The translations under genes were made by a program, and so were the position numbers. The notes below the pieces were generated by a model. It was given only the letters and a program-made list of their open reading frames with translations. It was not told where the DNA came from and ran no database searches. Below are positions 24,979 to 34,384 of a stretch of DNA of 64,000 nt, piece after piece; the first letter of the stretch is position 1; every line of letters starts with the position of its first letter. The stretch comes from Candidatus Saccharimonadota bacterium (GTDB lineage: Bacteria > Patescibacteriota > Saccharimonadia > Saccharimonadales > UBA4665), in the NCBI GenBank assembly GCA_028286405.1, contig JAQBRP010000008.1, positions 2,958-66,957 on the forward strand, in the 5' to 3' direction.

Positions 24979-27714
24979 ATGCCTAAAACAACCACACCAA
25001 ATTCCAAACCGACCGACAAACTTTTACCGCGACTGAGCCTGTTCTTTTTTGACCGCCCCTGGCTGAGCGTTTCGCTGTGGCTCGTGGTGCTAGTCTTTGG
25101 CATTCTGAGCTACACCACCTTCATGAAACGCGAAGGTTTCCCCAGCATTAATATTCCAATTGTTATTACCAGCGGCACCTACGCTCACGATGCTGCCACC
25201 GTTGACAGCCAACTAGGCAAACCAGTATCCGACATCGCTCTGAAACAAGCCGGCGTTAGTAGTGTGCTAACAACCAGCCAAGACAACTTCATGCAAACCA
25301 CCGTGCAATACGAAGAATCGGTCGACACTACCAAGGCTAAAAAAGATCTCGAAAAAGCTATCGCTGCTTCGCCGAACGTGCCAAAAGACGCCAAGTTTGA
25401 ATTTGCTGCACCATACTTTGGGGCTACTGGCGGTTCGCTCGAAAAGATTGATGCCAGCGTTTCGCTATTCGACAAAAACCAAACCCGCTCCACAGCTGAG
25501 CTTACGGAGCTAGCCGACCAAGCGGTAGTCTACTTAAACCAGCACAAGGGTGCCCAGGTGGCGAACTTCTTTGTACAGTCACCATTTACGAGTGTTAGTG
25601 ATGTCAGCGGTACTAGCACCGAGGTGCAGCGTACCTTTGATCGCTACGGTGACTCAGAACAGGGCAGGCCGACGTTTAACAACTCCGTCATCATTGGCGT
25701 CAGCGGCATTAAAAATGCCGACGTTATTGAGCTGGACGAGCAAATCCAAAAAGCGCTCGACGGCCTCGAACAGCAACCCGGCTTCAAGAATATCGACACG
25801 GCCATTAGCGCCAGCTTTGCGCCATCGATCGAGGAAAGCGTTAGCGAACTACAACGCGTACTGCTGGAAGGCTTAATTGCCGTACTTATTATTGGTGCCA
25901 TCGTGATTGCCCTCCGTGCTTCACTCATCACCGTCATCTCAATGGTTACCGTGCTGGCAATTGCCATCGGCGTGCTATTCCTGACCGGCTACTCGCTGAA
26001 TGTCATTACTTTGTTCGCCCTCATTTTGGGCCTGTCACTGATTGTGGACGACACCATTATTATGGTTGAGGCCCTTGACGCCGCCAGACGTAAACACACC
26101 ACCGCCAGAGCCGTGGTGGCCGAAGCTAGCCGCAAAGTGAGCCGGGCCATGTTGGCCGCCACGCTTACGGCCGCCTTTAGTTTTGCACCGTTGCTATTTG
26201 TATCGGGCATCCTGGGTAGCTTTATTCGAGCCATTCCAACCACCATTATTTCGTCGTTGGTGGTGAGCCTCATTGTGGCGCTCATTTTCATTCCATTGTT
26301 TGCGCGCTTTGTACTGCTCGGTAAGAAGCAACTGGGCAAAGAGGGGCACGTTGTAGAGCTCGCCGCCGGCTTCGAAGAGCGCCTGGCAAAAGCCATTGGC
26401 AAACCAATGTTGTGGTCCAAGGGCCGCCGCGCCAAGCAAGTATTAGTTGGCTTTGGAGCATTAGTGGTCAGCGCCGTGTTTATCATGGGTGCCGGCGTGC
26501 TGTTTAGCAAAGTCACCTTTAACATTTTTCCGGCCAGCAAAGATAGCAACCAAATCGCCATCGGCATTACCTACCCCAGCGGTACATCCGTGCCGGAAGC
26601 CGAAGCCATTGCCGACACCGTCGACAAAAAAGTGTCGACCATTCTGGGCAGTAATTTAGTTGATGCTTCGTACTTTGGCGCTGCCAATAATCAGCTGGCC
26701 ACCCTTACCGTGAACTTGGTTTCTTACGGTCAGCGCGACGACACCGCGCCACAGTTTGTGGAGCGCATCAACAAGCAGCTACAGGGCACCGTCGACGCCC
26801 AGGTGAAGGCCTATCAAGTCGATGTTGGCCCACCGGCTAGCGGCTTTACAGTTAACATTGCTGCCGACGATCGTGGCACTGCTACTAAGCTGGCTACTGA
26901 CCTGGCTGCTTTCCTGAAACAAGAAGACCTTAAGCGACCCAGCGGGGAAGTCGCTAAGTTTACCGATGTAACCGTCGGCAACACCGATGTCTTTCAGCGC
27001 TCCGAAGGCAAGCCTATTCTGACAGTCAGCGCCAACTTTGATGGTACCGACACCTCCACGCTAACCACCTTGGCCGAAGACGCCGTCAAAGCCAAGTTCA
27101 CCGCCGACCGCCTGCAGCAGTACGGCATGAACAGCGACGCTCTTACCTTTAATATTGGGCAGGAATCTGAAAACCAAGACTCCTTCAAGTCACTGGCCCT
27201 AGCGTTCCCGATTGTACTGCTTGCCGTCTTCTTACTGCTTGCCATCCAGTTCCGTTCGCTGCTCCAACCACTGCTAATCTTCATGGCCATTCCGTTCAGC
27301 CTGTTCGGCGTCGCCTTTGGCCTGTTCATTACCGACAATCCGATTAGCTTCTTTGCACTACTCGGCTTCTTTGCGCTCATCGGGCTGAGCCTAAAGAACA
27401 CCATTCTGCTAACCGACTTTGCCAATCAAGCTCGACGAGCCGGTATGGGGCCGATTGATGCCGCTGTCGCCGCACTTGCCGAGCGCTTCCGTCCATTAAT
27501 TGCCACCAGCCTGACGGCCATTGTGTCACTCATTCCGCTAGCCCTGACCAGCCCATTCTGGGAGGGCTTAGCCTTTACGCTGATATTCGGCCTAGCCTCG
27601 AGTACCATCCTGGTAATCTTAGTCTTCCCGTACTACTACCTCGGCGGGGAATATGTCCGTATGAAGACCCGCCAGCTGTTCCGCTGGATTCGCCGCAAAG
27701 CAACCAGAACGTAA
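24979..27714 (+). CDS. RND superfamily efflux transporter (AcrB/AcrD/AcrF-like)
   Basis: 911 aa with two blocks of ~6 TM helices separated by large extracytoplasmic domains. LSLIVDDTIIMVE motif. Confidence 0.8.
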   Translation: MPKTTTPNSKPTDKLLPRLSLFFFDRPWLSVSLWLVVLVFGILSYTTFMKREGFPSINIPIVITSGTYAHDAATVDSQLGKPVSDIALKQAGVSSVLTTSQDNFMQTTVQYEESVDTTKAKKDLEKAIAASPNVPKDAKFEFAAPYFGATGGSLEKIDASVSLFDKNQTRSTAELTELADQAVVYLNQHKGAQVANFFVQSPFTSVSDVSGTSTEVQRTFDRYGDSEQGRPTFNNSVIIGVSGIKNADVIELDEQIQKALDGLEQQPGFKNIDTAISASFAPSIEESVSELQRVLLEGLIAVLIIGAIVIALRASLITVISMVTVLAIAIGVLFLTGYSLNVITLFALILGLSLIVDDTIIMVEALDAARRKHTTARAVVAEASRKVSRAMLAATLTAAFSFAPLLFVSGILGSFIRAIPTTIISSLVVSLIVALIFIPLFARFVLLGKKQLGKEGHVVELAAGFEERLAKAIGKPMLWSKGRRAKQVLVGFGALVVSAVFIMGAGVLFSKVTFNIFPASKDSNQIAIGITYPSGTSVPEAEAIADTVDKKVSTILGSNLVDASYFGAANNQLATLTVNLVSYGQRDDTAPQFVERINKQLQGTVDAQVKAYQVDVGPPASGFTVNIAADDRGTATKLATDLAAFLKQEDLKRPSGEVAKFTDVTVGNTDVFQRSEGKPILTVSANFDGTDTSTLTTLAEDAVKAKFTADRLQQYGMNSDALTFNIGQESENQDSFKSLALAFPIVLLAVFLLLAIQFRSLLQPLLIFMAIPFSLFGVAFGLFITDNPISFFALLGFFALIGLSLKNTILLTDFANQARRAGMGPIDAAVAALAERFRPLIATSLTAIVSLIPLALTSPFWEGLAFTLIFGLASSTILVILVFPYYYLGGEYVRMKTRQLFRWIRRKATRT

Positions 27715-27719
27715 AAATA

Positions 27720-28394
27720 CTAGAGGTACAGATCTTTGAGCTGAGCTATGTCGAACACCACGATGTAGTCTCCCTCATCGACGGTCAGCAGATCGCGGCT
27801 AGTCAAACTAACTAGAACGGCGTCAGCTACTTCCTTGGATATGTTCAGCTGTTCAGCCATGTCGACTGGCTTGAGCGGAACAGTTATTCTAATGCCCGTT
27901 TTGTCACCATGTTCGATTTCTTCCCCAAATTCATTGGCTAAGCAAACAAGCTGATGGGCCATCTTTTTGTACTCGTCTTTAAGCGCATTGCTGGCGAGCC
28001 GCTCAATGTTGGACTTCAGACGTAGCCCGGCTTCATAAAATAAATCGACGTATAGATCATGGTTTTTTTCTACAGCTTCAACCACTACTCTGTCGCTAAT
28101 GCTGTATATTTCGATATCGGTCATAGCTTGGTAAACGTAAATCAGGTTCTGTTGATTCTGTTCGATACCGAATATCTTCTTATAAAGCTGCGACAAGGGG
28201 AAGATGTGGCCAGGACCATAAATCAGCTCAATGACTCGGTTGTCGTCGTCGGCAACCTGGTAGCGCTTGACGTATCCAGTCTTTAGCATAAACAATGTTT
28301 CAGCAAAATTTTGAGAGTGAAAAACCTGACCAGCGGAGTGGTTTTCGAGACGCCCATTTTCCTGCATAAAGACAGCTAGCTGCTCAGGTACCAT
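27720..28394 (-). CDS. Crp/Fnr family transcriptional regulator
   Basis: 224 aa. N-terminal cNMP-binding-like beta barrel and a C-terminal HTH (MAEQLNISKEVADAVLVSL). Confidence 0.7.
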   Translation of the reverse strand: MVPEQLAVFMQENGRLENHSAGQVFHSQNFAETLFMLKTGYVKRYQVADDDNRVIELIYGPGHIFPLSQLYKKIFGIEQNQQNLIYVYQAMTDIEIYSISDRVVVEAVEKNHDLYVDLFYEAGLRLKSNIERLASNALKDEYKKMAHQLVCLANEFGEEIEHGDKTGIRITVPLKPVDMAEQLNISKEVADAVLVSLTSRDLLTVDEGDYIVVFDIAQLKDLYL

Positions 28395-28501
28395 GAAGTT
28401 TCATTATAGGCAGCTTCTACAGCATTGCAAATCTCGCACCTTGAGAGTTGACGTACGTATATAATCAAGTTACTATTTTTACAAATGTATAGAGGTATAT
28501 C

Positions 28502-29842
28502 GTGAGTACAGGGGAAAAGCATGAGCTAGGTCACGATAGCCCCCGGGAGCTGTTGGTCGCCGAGCTCGCCAGCTGGAAAGAGGCGGGACCCGGTGTAGAG
28601 CCAGAGACTGCCGCCATGATTGGCATGATTCTGATAATGTATGAGTCCGAGAAGGCGTCAAGTGAGCAAAACAAAACGGCACCAACTCCCATTCTAGACC
28701 TCATTGAGGACGCCGCCGACAGTACTATTGCCAAGCGTCAGATCCGAGCCCCAGCGGGAGCCAGCATGTTTCGGACATCGGTCGTTAACTATTTCCGAAA
28801 ACGCTTTGCCGAAGATGGTAAGGAGTTCTCGGACGCTAACCGCACCAGCATAGAGGACTGGATAGATCCTGTTGTTCTCCTTATGGAGGATCTTACCAGT
28901 GAAGACAGCGTGACCGTAGGCGGTCTCAAAACCGGTATGGCTTTTCACAACGCTGCCACTCCTGCCAAAAGCAGGTACGTCCCTGCCGATGTCCTGTCAC
29001 AGCTAGTAGCAGAACGATTTCCTGAACGGGCGAGGGGGCTAGACCTTGGAACAAGCGTTATGGTCGGCCCCTTACAGATCATGCACAAGAAGCAGTTCAG
29101 GCAGGACTTTCGAATGAGCGAAGTGACTGTTGAGCAGCCCAACAAACGACACCCCACAAGACTGACCGAGCGCGTTAACCGCCTGGCGGCTCGGCCACCG
29201 GTGTTCAAAAGCTTCGTCGGCGTTGACGTTTTACCGTATTACTATGAAGACATTCAGAAGTATGACCCTGGCTTCGCCGAGTACGCCCTTATGGGGCTAC
29301 GCCCCAGTGAGCGAAACGATCCCGCCCACTTCGGAACCATTCGAGCATTGATGGATAAAAAGCAAAAGGGGGCCTGGAACTATACGCCCGAGTCTGGCGT
29401 CACCTTTCATTTGGGAGATCTTCTAGTGCCCGAAGATTTGGGGGCCTTCAAAGAGGAGCACCCAGAGCCGTTCGACTTTATTATTGCAAACTTCGTCACC
29501 CAAGAGCTGGCACTGGAAGACCAAATAAGAATGCACGCCGTTCTAAATGATCTCACTTCGGAAAATGGAATCATTGCCTACATCCACCAGGCCTATCTAC
29601 CTGATCCCCGACGACCAACGCCCACCCCAATAACAGGCCTGGTGCACTATGATACGTACGCCATGCTGCCATGGCGCAGCAACATGCACGTTGTCGATAA
29701 GCTTAATCCGCATGATAGAGATGGACTGCAGCAAGTTATGACCTTCCATGACAACCGCTGTCAGATCGCCAAAGTCGGTAAGGGTTCACTGGTTGTGAAC
29801 GGTGAGCTGGTACCAGTTGCCGATCTTATAAAGCACTCGTAG
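28502..29842 (+). CDS. hypothetical protein
   Basis: 446-aa ORF with a GTG start. The FDFIIANFV...ENGII segment faintly resembles a Rossmann methyltransferase fold. Confidence 0.5.
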   Translation: MSTGEKHELGHDSPRELLVAELASWKEAGPGVEPETAAMIGMILIMYESEKASSEQNKTAPTPILDLIEDAADSTIAKRQIRAPAGASMFRTSVVNYFRKRFAEDGKEFSDANRTSIEDWIDPVVLLMEDLTSEDSVTVGGLKTGMAFHNAATPAKSRYVPADVLSQLVAERFPERARGLDLGTSVMVGPLQIMHKKQFRQDFRMSEVTVEQPNKRHPTRLTERVNRLAARPPVFKSFVGVDVLPYYYEDIQKYDPGFAEYALMGLRPSERNDPAHFGTIRALMDKKQKGAWNYTPESGVTFHLGDLLVPEDLGAFKEEHPEPFDFIIANFVTQELALEDQIRMHAVLNDLTSENGIIAYIHQAYLPDPRRPTPTPITGLVHYDTYAMLPWRSNMHVVDKLNPHDRDGLQQVMTFHDNRCQIAKVGKGSLVVNGELVPVADLIKHS

Positions 29843-29913
29843 CCAAGTAAAAAATGTTACTGCTGCTCAGCAGTAAAACCGGTATCCTGGAGCAACAGTA
29901 AGGGAGACTTGCC

Positions 29914-30498
29914 ATGCACTACAACCTAGAGGAGGGTATGCAGCCTACCTGGCGCGACCGCTTTGGCTCAATTACCGAACAGCTCACCGGACGCAACGTG
30001 CTACCGATTGCCGTGGCGGCCATTGCAGCGCTGTGGATTGGCCTTATTTTTACTGCCATGCAGCAAACCGGACCGGCAAATCCCGGCACACCCAGTGACC
30101 TGACCGGCACCAAGTCCAGTCCCGGCATGGCTGTCGCTGGCACACCAGCAAATAATCCGAGCCTAGCAACACCCGGTAGTTCCGACAGCCTTGCCGCTAC
30201 GCAGGTTGTGCAGTCAACAGCCAACGCCGCCGCCATGAACAGCAGCACTGCCGCTACCGAGAACACTGTGGCACCAACCGTAGCGCCAATTGTTGGTGGC
30301 CGCGGTGGCGGTGGCGATGACAGCGGTGGCGGTGGAAGTCCAGCTGTCACTGTCCCAGCCCCGGAGCTACCAGCACCGGTTCCTGACCCAGTCCCAGTTG
30401 TCGACTTAACCGTCGACACGCCGCTGACGCCCGACCCAATTATCATTGACGTCGACCCCGACAACGGACTGCAGCTCGATCCGGGCCTTGGCTTGTAA
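29914..30498 (+). CDS. hypothetical membrane-anchored low-complexity (Pro/Ala/Gly-rich) protein
   Basis: AAGGGAG Shine-Dalgarno, one TM helix, then a low-complexity tail. The antisense ORF is judged an artefact. Confidence 0.45.
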   Translation: MHYNLEEGMQPTWRDRFGSITEQLTGRNVLPIAVAAIAALWIGLIFTAMQQTGPANPGTPSDLTGTKSSPGMAVAGTPANNPSLATPGSSDSLAATQVVQSTANAAAMNSSTAATENTVAPTVAPIVGGRGGGGDDSGGGGSPAVTVPAPELPAPVPDPVPVVDLTVDTPLTPDPIIIDVDPDNGLQLDPGLGL

Positions 30499-30526
30499 CT
30501 AAGACCGCCGGTGTTACAATGGCTGC

Positions 30527-31255
30527 ATGAAACCGCAGACCTTCGCTGACCTCAAGCCCAAAATTGTTTTAGGCATTGCCGCCCATCCCGATGACCTCGA
30601 CTTTGGGGCTGGTGGAACGTTGGCAGCCTTCGCTAAGCAGGGAGCCGAAGTACATTACTTGCAACTGACCGATGGCGGCAAGGGGTCATCCGACCCAAAC
30701 ATGACCAGCGCAGAGATTATAAAAATTCGTCAAAACGAACAGCAGGCCGCTTGCCAGGCGATTGGTGGCACGAGCGTACACTTCCTGAATCACCCTGACG
30801 GGGAATTGGAAGTCACCATGGCTCTCAAAGAAGAAATCGTCAAGGTCATCCGTACCATTAAGCCGGATGTAGTCATTACCACCGACCCGACCATGGTCTA
30901 CGATGCCGAATATGGCATCATTAACCACTCTGATCATCGTGCTGCCGGACAAGCAGCGCTAGACGCAGTCTATCCGTTAGCCCGCGACCATTTGGCACTC
31001 CCCAAGCTGTACGCTGAAGGCTACCAGCCGCATAAAGTGAAAACCGTGCTCATGACTAATTTTACCGGTCATAACTTCTTTGTAGACATCACCGATTCGC
31101 TAGAGACTAAGTTCGCCGCCGTAAAGGCCCACGCCAGCCAAATCCAAGATTACGACCGTCTGAAACAGCTGTTCACGGGCATGGCTGAAAAGCACGGACA
31201 AGCGGCCGGCTGCCAATATGCCGAAGGTTTTGTACGCCTCGATGTAATGCTCTAA
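30527..31255 (+). CDS. PIG-L family deacetylase (LmbE-like)
   Basis: AHPDDLDFGAGGTLA and HSDH motifs. Confidence 0.85.
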   Translation: MKPQTFADLKPKIVLGIAAHPDDLDFGAGGTLAAFAKQGAEVHYLQLTDGGKGSSDPNMTSAEIIKIRQNEQQAACQAIGGTSVHFLNHPDGELEVTMALKEEIVKVIRTIKPDVVITTDPTMVYDAEYGIINHSDHRAAGQAALDAVYPLARDHLALPKLYAEGYQPHKVKTVLMTNFTGHNFFVDITDSLETKFAAVKAHASQIQDYDRLKQLFTGMAEKHGQAAGCQYAEGFVRLDVML

Positions 31256-31437
31256 GCGACTCGAACCATAAAATGTTTGCGCCAAACGCGCAACTGTGGC
31301 ACTATTAAGGGGCTAGAACAAGCTGCTGGTTAATCTATTCAGAGAATTCTACGCAATTAAATAAGTTATTTCGGCATACGGGGCGCAGCTAAGTGATCAA
31401 TCTCTTACCTCTAGAACGAAGAAAGAGGTACATATAA

Positions 31438-31737
31438 ATGGCAAATAAATTATTCGTAGGTTCATTAGCTTGGACTGCTACTGACGCTGACTTGGAAGAA
31501 TTTTTCAAGCAAGCTGGTACAGTTGTAAGCGCTAAGGTCATCGTTGACCGCGAAACCAATCGCTCTAAGGGCTTCGGTTTCGTAGAAATGAGCACTGACG
31601 AAGAAGCCAAAACAGCTGTTGATACCCTCAACGGTAAAGACCTTGCTGGTCGCCCAGTTGCGATTAGCGAAGCTCGTCCCCAAGCTCCACGCGAAGAGCG
31701 TAGCTTCGGTGGCGGCGGTGGCGGTAACCGCTACTAA
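31438..31737 (+). CDS. RNA-binding protein (single RRM domain, Gly-rich tail)
   Basis: RNP2 KLFVGSL and RNP1 KGFGFVEM motifs. GGGGGGNRY C-terminus. Confidence 0.9.
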   Translation: MANKLFVGSLAWTATDADLEEFFKQAGTVVSAKVIVDRETNRSKGFGFVEMSTDEEAKTAVDTLNGKDLAGRPVAISEARPQAPREERSFGGGGGGNRY

Positions 31738-31756
31738 TTAAGCCCCGTGCTTAATT

Positions 31757-31785
31757 AAAAAGAGGCCCTCCGGGGCCTCTTTTTA
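31757..31785 (+). terminator. intrinsic terminator
   Basis: AAAAAGAGGCCC-TCCG-GGGCCTCTTTTT. Confidence 0.8.
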
Positions 31786-31807
31786 GTGCGTGCTATAGTG
31801 CTACTAG

Positions 31808-32974
31808 ATGATTGTCGATGTACTCATACTACTGCTGATAGTTAGTGCTATATTCCGGGGCCGAGAAATTGGCTTCGTGCAACAACTATTCTCAACCATT
31901 GGTTTCTTTGGTGGTTTGGTCCTGGGTGCCCTGTTACAACCCTATACCGTGTCGCTGGCGCACAGTGAACTAAGCCGTTCGCTGGTTACGCTGGCCACGA
32001 CGCTAGGATTGGCTTTTTTGTTCCTCGGTATTGGTGAATACCTAGGAGCCCTGCTTAAGCGGAAGCTCAAAATGGGCAAGGCCGACCGCTTGGACAATGG
32101 GCTCGGCTCGGTGCTTAGTGTTGTTACAGTGCTACTGGCCGTTTGGCTCAGCGCCAGTGTTATTAAAACCCTGCCATTTTATGAGTTACAGAACCAGGTG
32201 CGGCAATCAAAAATTGCCACCGCGCTCAGCCGGCAATTACCCTATGCGCCAGATGTTATTGCCAGTCTCGGGCACCTGGTTGATCCCAACGGTTTTCCGC
32301 AAGTATTTAGTGGCGGCGAGCCCAATCCGCCCGAGCATATTAACTTGCCGTCCTCCAGCCAGCTACTGGCGGCCGTTAGTAAAGACCGTGAATCGGTAGT
32401 CAAAATTGTAGGGCAGGGCTGTGGCGGCGTGGTCGACGGCTCCGGCTTTGTGGTCGGCGACGACATGGTGGTTACCAATGCCCACGTGGTGTCAGGTATT
32501 TCGCGGCAGTACGTGCAAGATAGCAAGGGCACCCACAGCGCCACGGCCATTTGGTTCGATCCAACACTTGATTTGGCTATTTTACGAGTTTCCAACTTGG
32601 CAGGCGATCCGCTAACCCTTGACCGTACTACCGCCAGCCGTAATACGCCAGCGGCAGTACTCGGCTACCCGGGCGGGGGTGGCTTTACAGCCAATCCGGC
32701 GTCGGTGCTCAACCAATTTACCGCCACCGGACGTGACATATACGGCCGCGGTCACAGCGAACGCAGCGTCTACGAAGTTGCCGCCGACGTCGAGCAGGGA
32801 AACTCCGGTGGGCCACTGGTCACCGCCGATGGTTCAGTGATTGGCGTGATTTTTGCCCGCTCCACCTCATATAACAATGTCGGCTATGCCCTGACGATTG
32901 ACCAAGTGACGCCAGCCATTAGCCAGGCCGGGGCTCGTAACTCACCCGTCAGCACCGGCAGCTGCGCAGAGTAG
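31808..32974 (+). CDS. MarP-like membrane serine protease (CvpA domain plus trypsin-like domain)
   Basis: Four N-terminal TM helices (CvpA-like), then TNAHVV, D.A.L and GNSGGPL catalytic-triad motifs. Confidence 0.8.
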   Translation: MIVDVLILLLIVSAIFRGREIGFVQQLFSTIGFFGGLVLGALLQPYTVSLAHSELSRSLVTLATTLGLAFLFLGIGEYLGALLKRKLKMGKADRLDNGLGSVLSVVTVLLAVWLSASVIKTLPFYELQNQVRQSKIATALSRQLPYAPDVIASLGHLVDPNGFPQVFSGGEPNPPEHINLPSSSQLLAAVSKDRESVVKIVGQGCGGVVDGSGFVVGDDMVVTNAHVVSGISRQYVQDSKGTHSATAIWFDPTLDLAILRVSNLAGDPLTLDRTTASRNTPAAVLGYPGGGGFTANPASVLNQFTATGRDIYGRGHSERSVYEVAADVEQGNSGGPLVTADGSVIGVIFARSTSYNNVGYALTIDQVTPAISQAGARNSPVSTGSCAE

Positions 32975-33010
32975 TCCTACCACCGTGTTACAATAAGCGT
33001 TAGCATTGTT

Positions 33011-34384
33011 ATGAAAAAACAAACAGCATTACTAAAGCGCGGTGCTGAAGCGCCAGCCGAACTGCTAGACAGAACAATCGTCGCCACTCAGGTGATGAGC
33101 GCCACACTATCTAGTGACAAAATGGTCAAAAAAACCAACGCCTACTGGCACATGCTGGGGCCGGGCCTGACAACCGGTGCCTCGGACGACGACCCATCGG
33201 GTATTGCCACCTATTCCCAGGCAGGGGCCAAGTACGGCTTTCAGCTGCTGTGGCTGGCACCGCTAACATTCCCGCTCATGGCCACCGTCCAAGAAATGTG
33301 CGCCCGCATTGGCATGGTCACCGGCCGGGGCTTGGCCGGCAACATCCGCGTGCACTTTAACAAACGGCTACTCTACCTTTGTACTACGTTGCTATTTGCC
33401 GCCAACGCTCTAAACATTGGGGCCGATCTGGGAGCCATGGCCAAAGCCGTGCAACTACTGAATCCGCAGATCAACTTCGGTTTGCTGGTAGTCGGCTTTG
33501 CGCTGGCCAGCATGTTCATGCAAATTTTTACACCCTACGTACGCTATGCCCGCTATCTGAAGTGGCTTGCCCTGATACTGCTATCCTACGTTTTCTCAAC
33601 CTTAATGGCCCACCTTGACTGGTCGAATGTATTGCACCACGCCGTTATACCGAGCATTCACTTCGATAAAGACCAGCTATTCATGATCTGTGCCATCCTT
33701 GGTACCACTATTTCGCCATACCTGTTCTTTTGGCAAACTTCGCAAGAAGTAGAAGAACAAATTCTACAGGGTAAAACCACGCTGGCCGAACGGCAAACCG
33801 CCACCGCAGCGGCCGATATTAAAAGCATGCGCATTGACGTGTGGAGCGGTATGTTCTTGTCGAACCTGGTGATGTTCTTTATTATTGCCGCTTGCGGTGC
33901 CTTACTGTTTACCCACGGGATTACCAATATTCAAACCACCGCCCAGGCCGCCCAGGCACTACGGCCGTTTGCCGGTGATGCCACCTACTTCTTGTTTAGC
34001 ATCGGGCTGATCGGTACCGGTCTGCTGGCAATTCCGGTGCTGGCCGGCTCCAGCTCCTACGCCATTTCCGAAAGCTTCCGCTGGAAGGAAGGGCTGTACC
34101 GCAACCTGCGCCAGGCCTACGCCTTTTACGGCGTGATTATTATTTCCATGCTGGTGGGCTTGGGGCTCAACTTTGTCGGTATTGATCCGATTAAAGCATT
34201 AATTTACGCGGCCGTAGCCAACGGGCTCGTAGCTCCAGTGATTTTGTTCTTCATTGTGACTATGAGCAGCAACAAGAAAATCATGGGACGCTGGACAAAC
34301 AAACGCTCCACCACCATCATTGGCTGGATCGTGACACTCCTCATGTTCGCTTCCGGCGTGGCCGCCATTATATCGTTAGTGTAG
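33011..34384 (+). CDS. Nramp family divalent metal transporter
   Basis: GPG..T.ASDDDPSGIATYS.AGA.YG..LLW motif and ~11 TM helices. The start may lie further downstream. Confidence 0.85.
   Translation: MKKQTALLKRGAEAPAELLDRTIVATQVMSATLSSDKMVKKTNAYWHMLGPGLTTGASDDDPSGIATYSQAGAKYGFQLLWLAPLTFPLMATVQEMCARIGMVTGRGLAGNIRVHFNKRLLYLCTTLLFAANALNIGADLGAMAKAVQLLNPQINFGLLVVGFALASMFMQIFTPYVRYARYLKWLALILLSYVFSTLMAHLDWSNVLHHAVIPSIHFDKDQLFMICAILGTTISPYLFFWQTSQEVEEQILQGKTTLAERQTATAAADIKSMRIDVWSGMFLSNLVMFFIIAACGALLFTHGITNIQTTAQAAQALRPFAGDATYFLFSIGLIGTGLLAIPVLAGSSSYAISESFRWKEGLYRNLRQAYAFYGVIIISMLVGLGLNFVGIDPIKALIYAAVANGLVAPVILFFIVTMSSNKKIMGRWTNKRSTTIIGWIVTLLMFASGVAAIISLV

Noticed and set aside
29919-30464. 181-aa minus-strand ORF antisense to 29914-30498.
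   Set aside because: The plus-strand frame has a Shine-Dalgarno and a TM helix and fits the local operon direction. The minus frame is low-complexity Gly/Ser/Ala, typical of an antisense artefact. Confidence in the plus call is itself only moderate.
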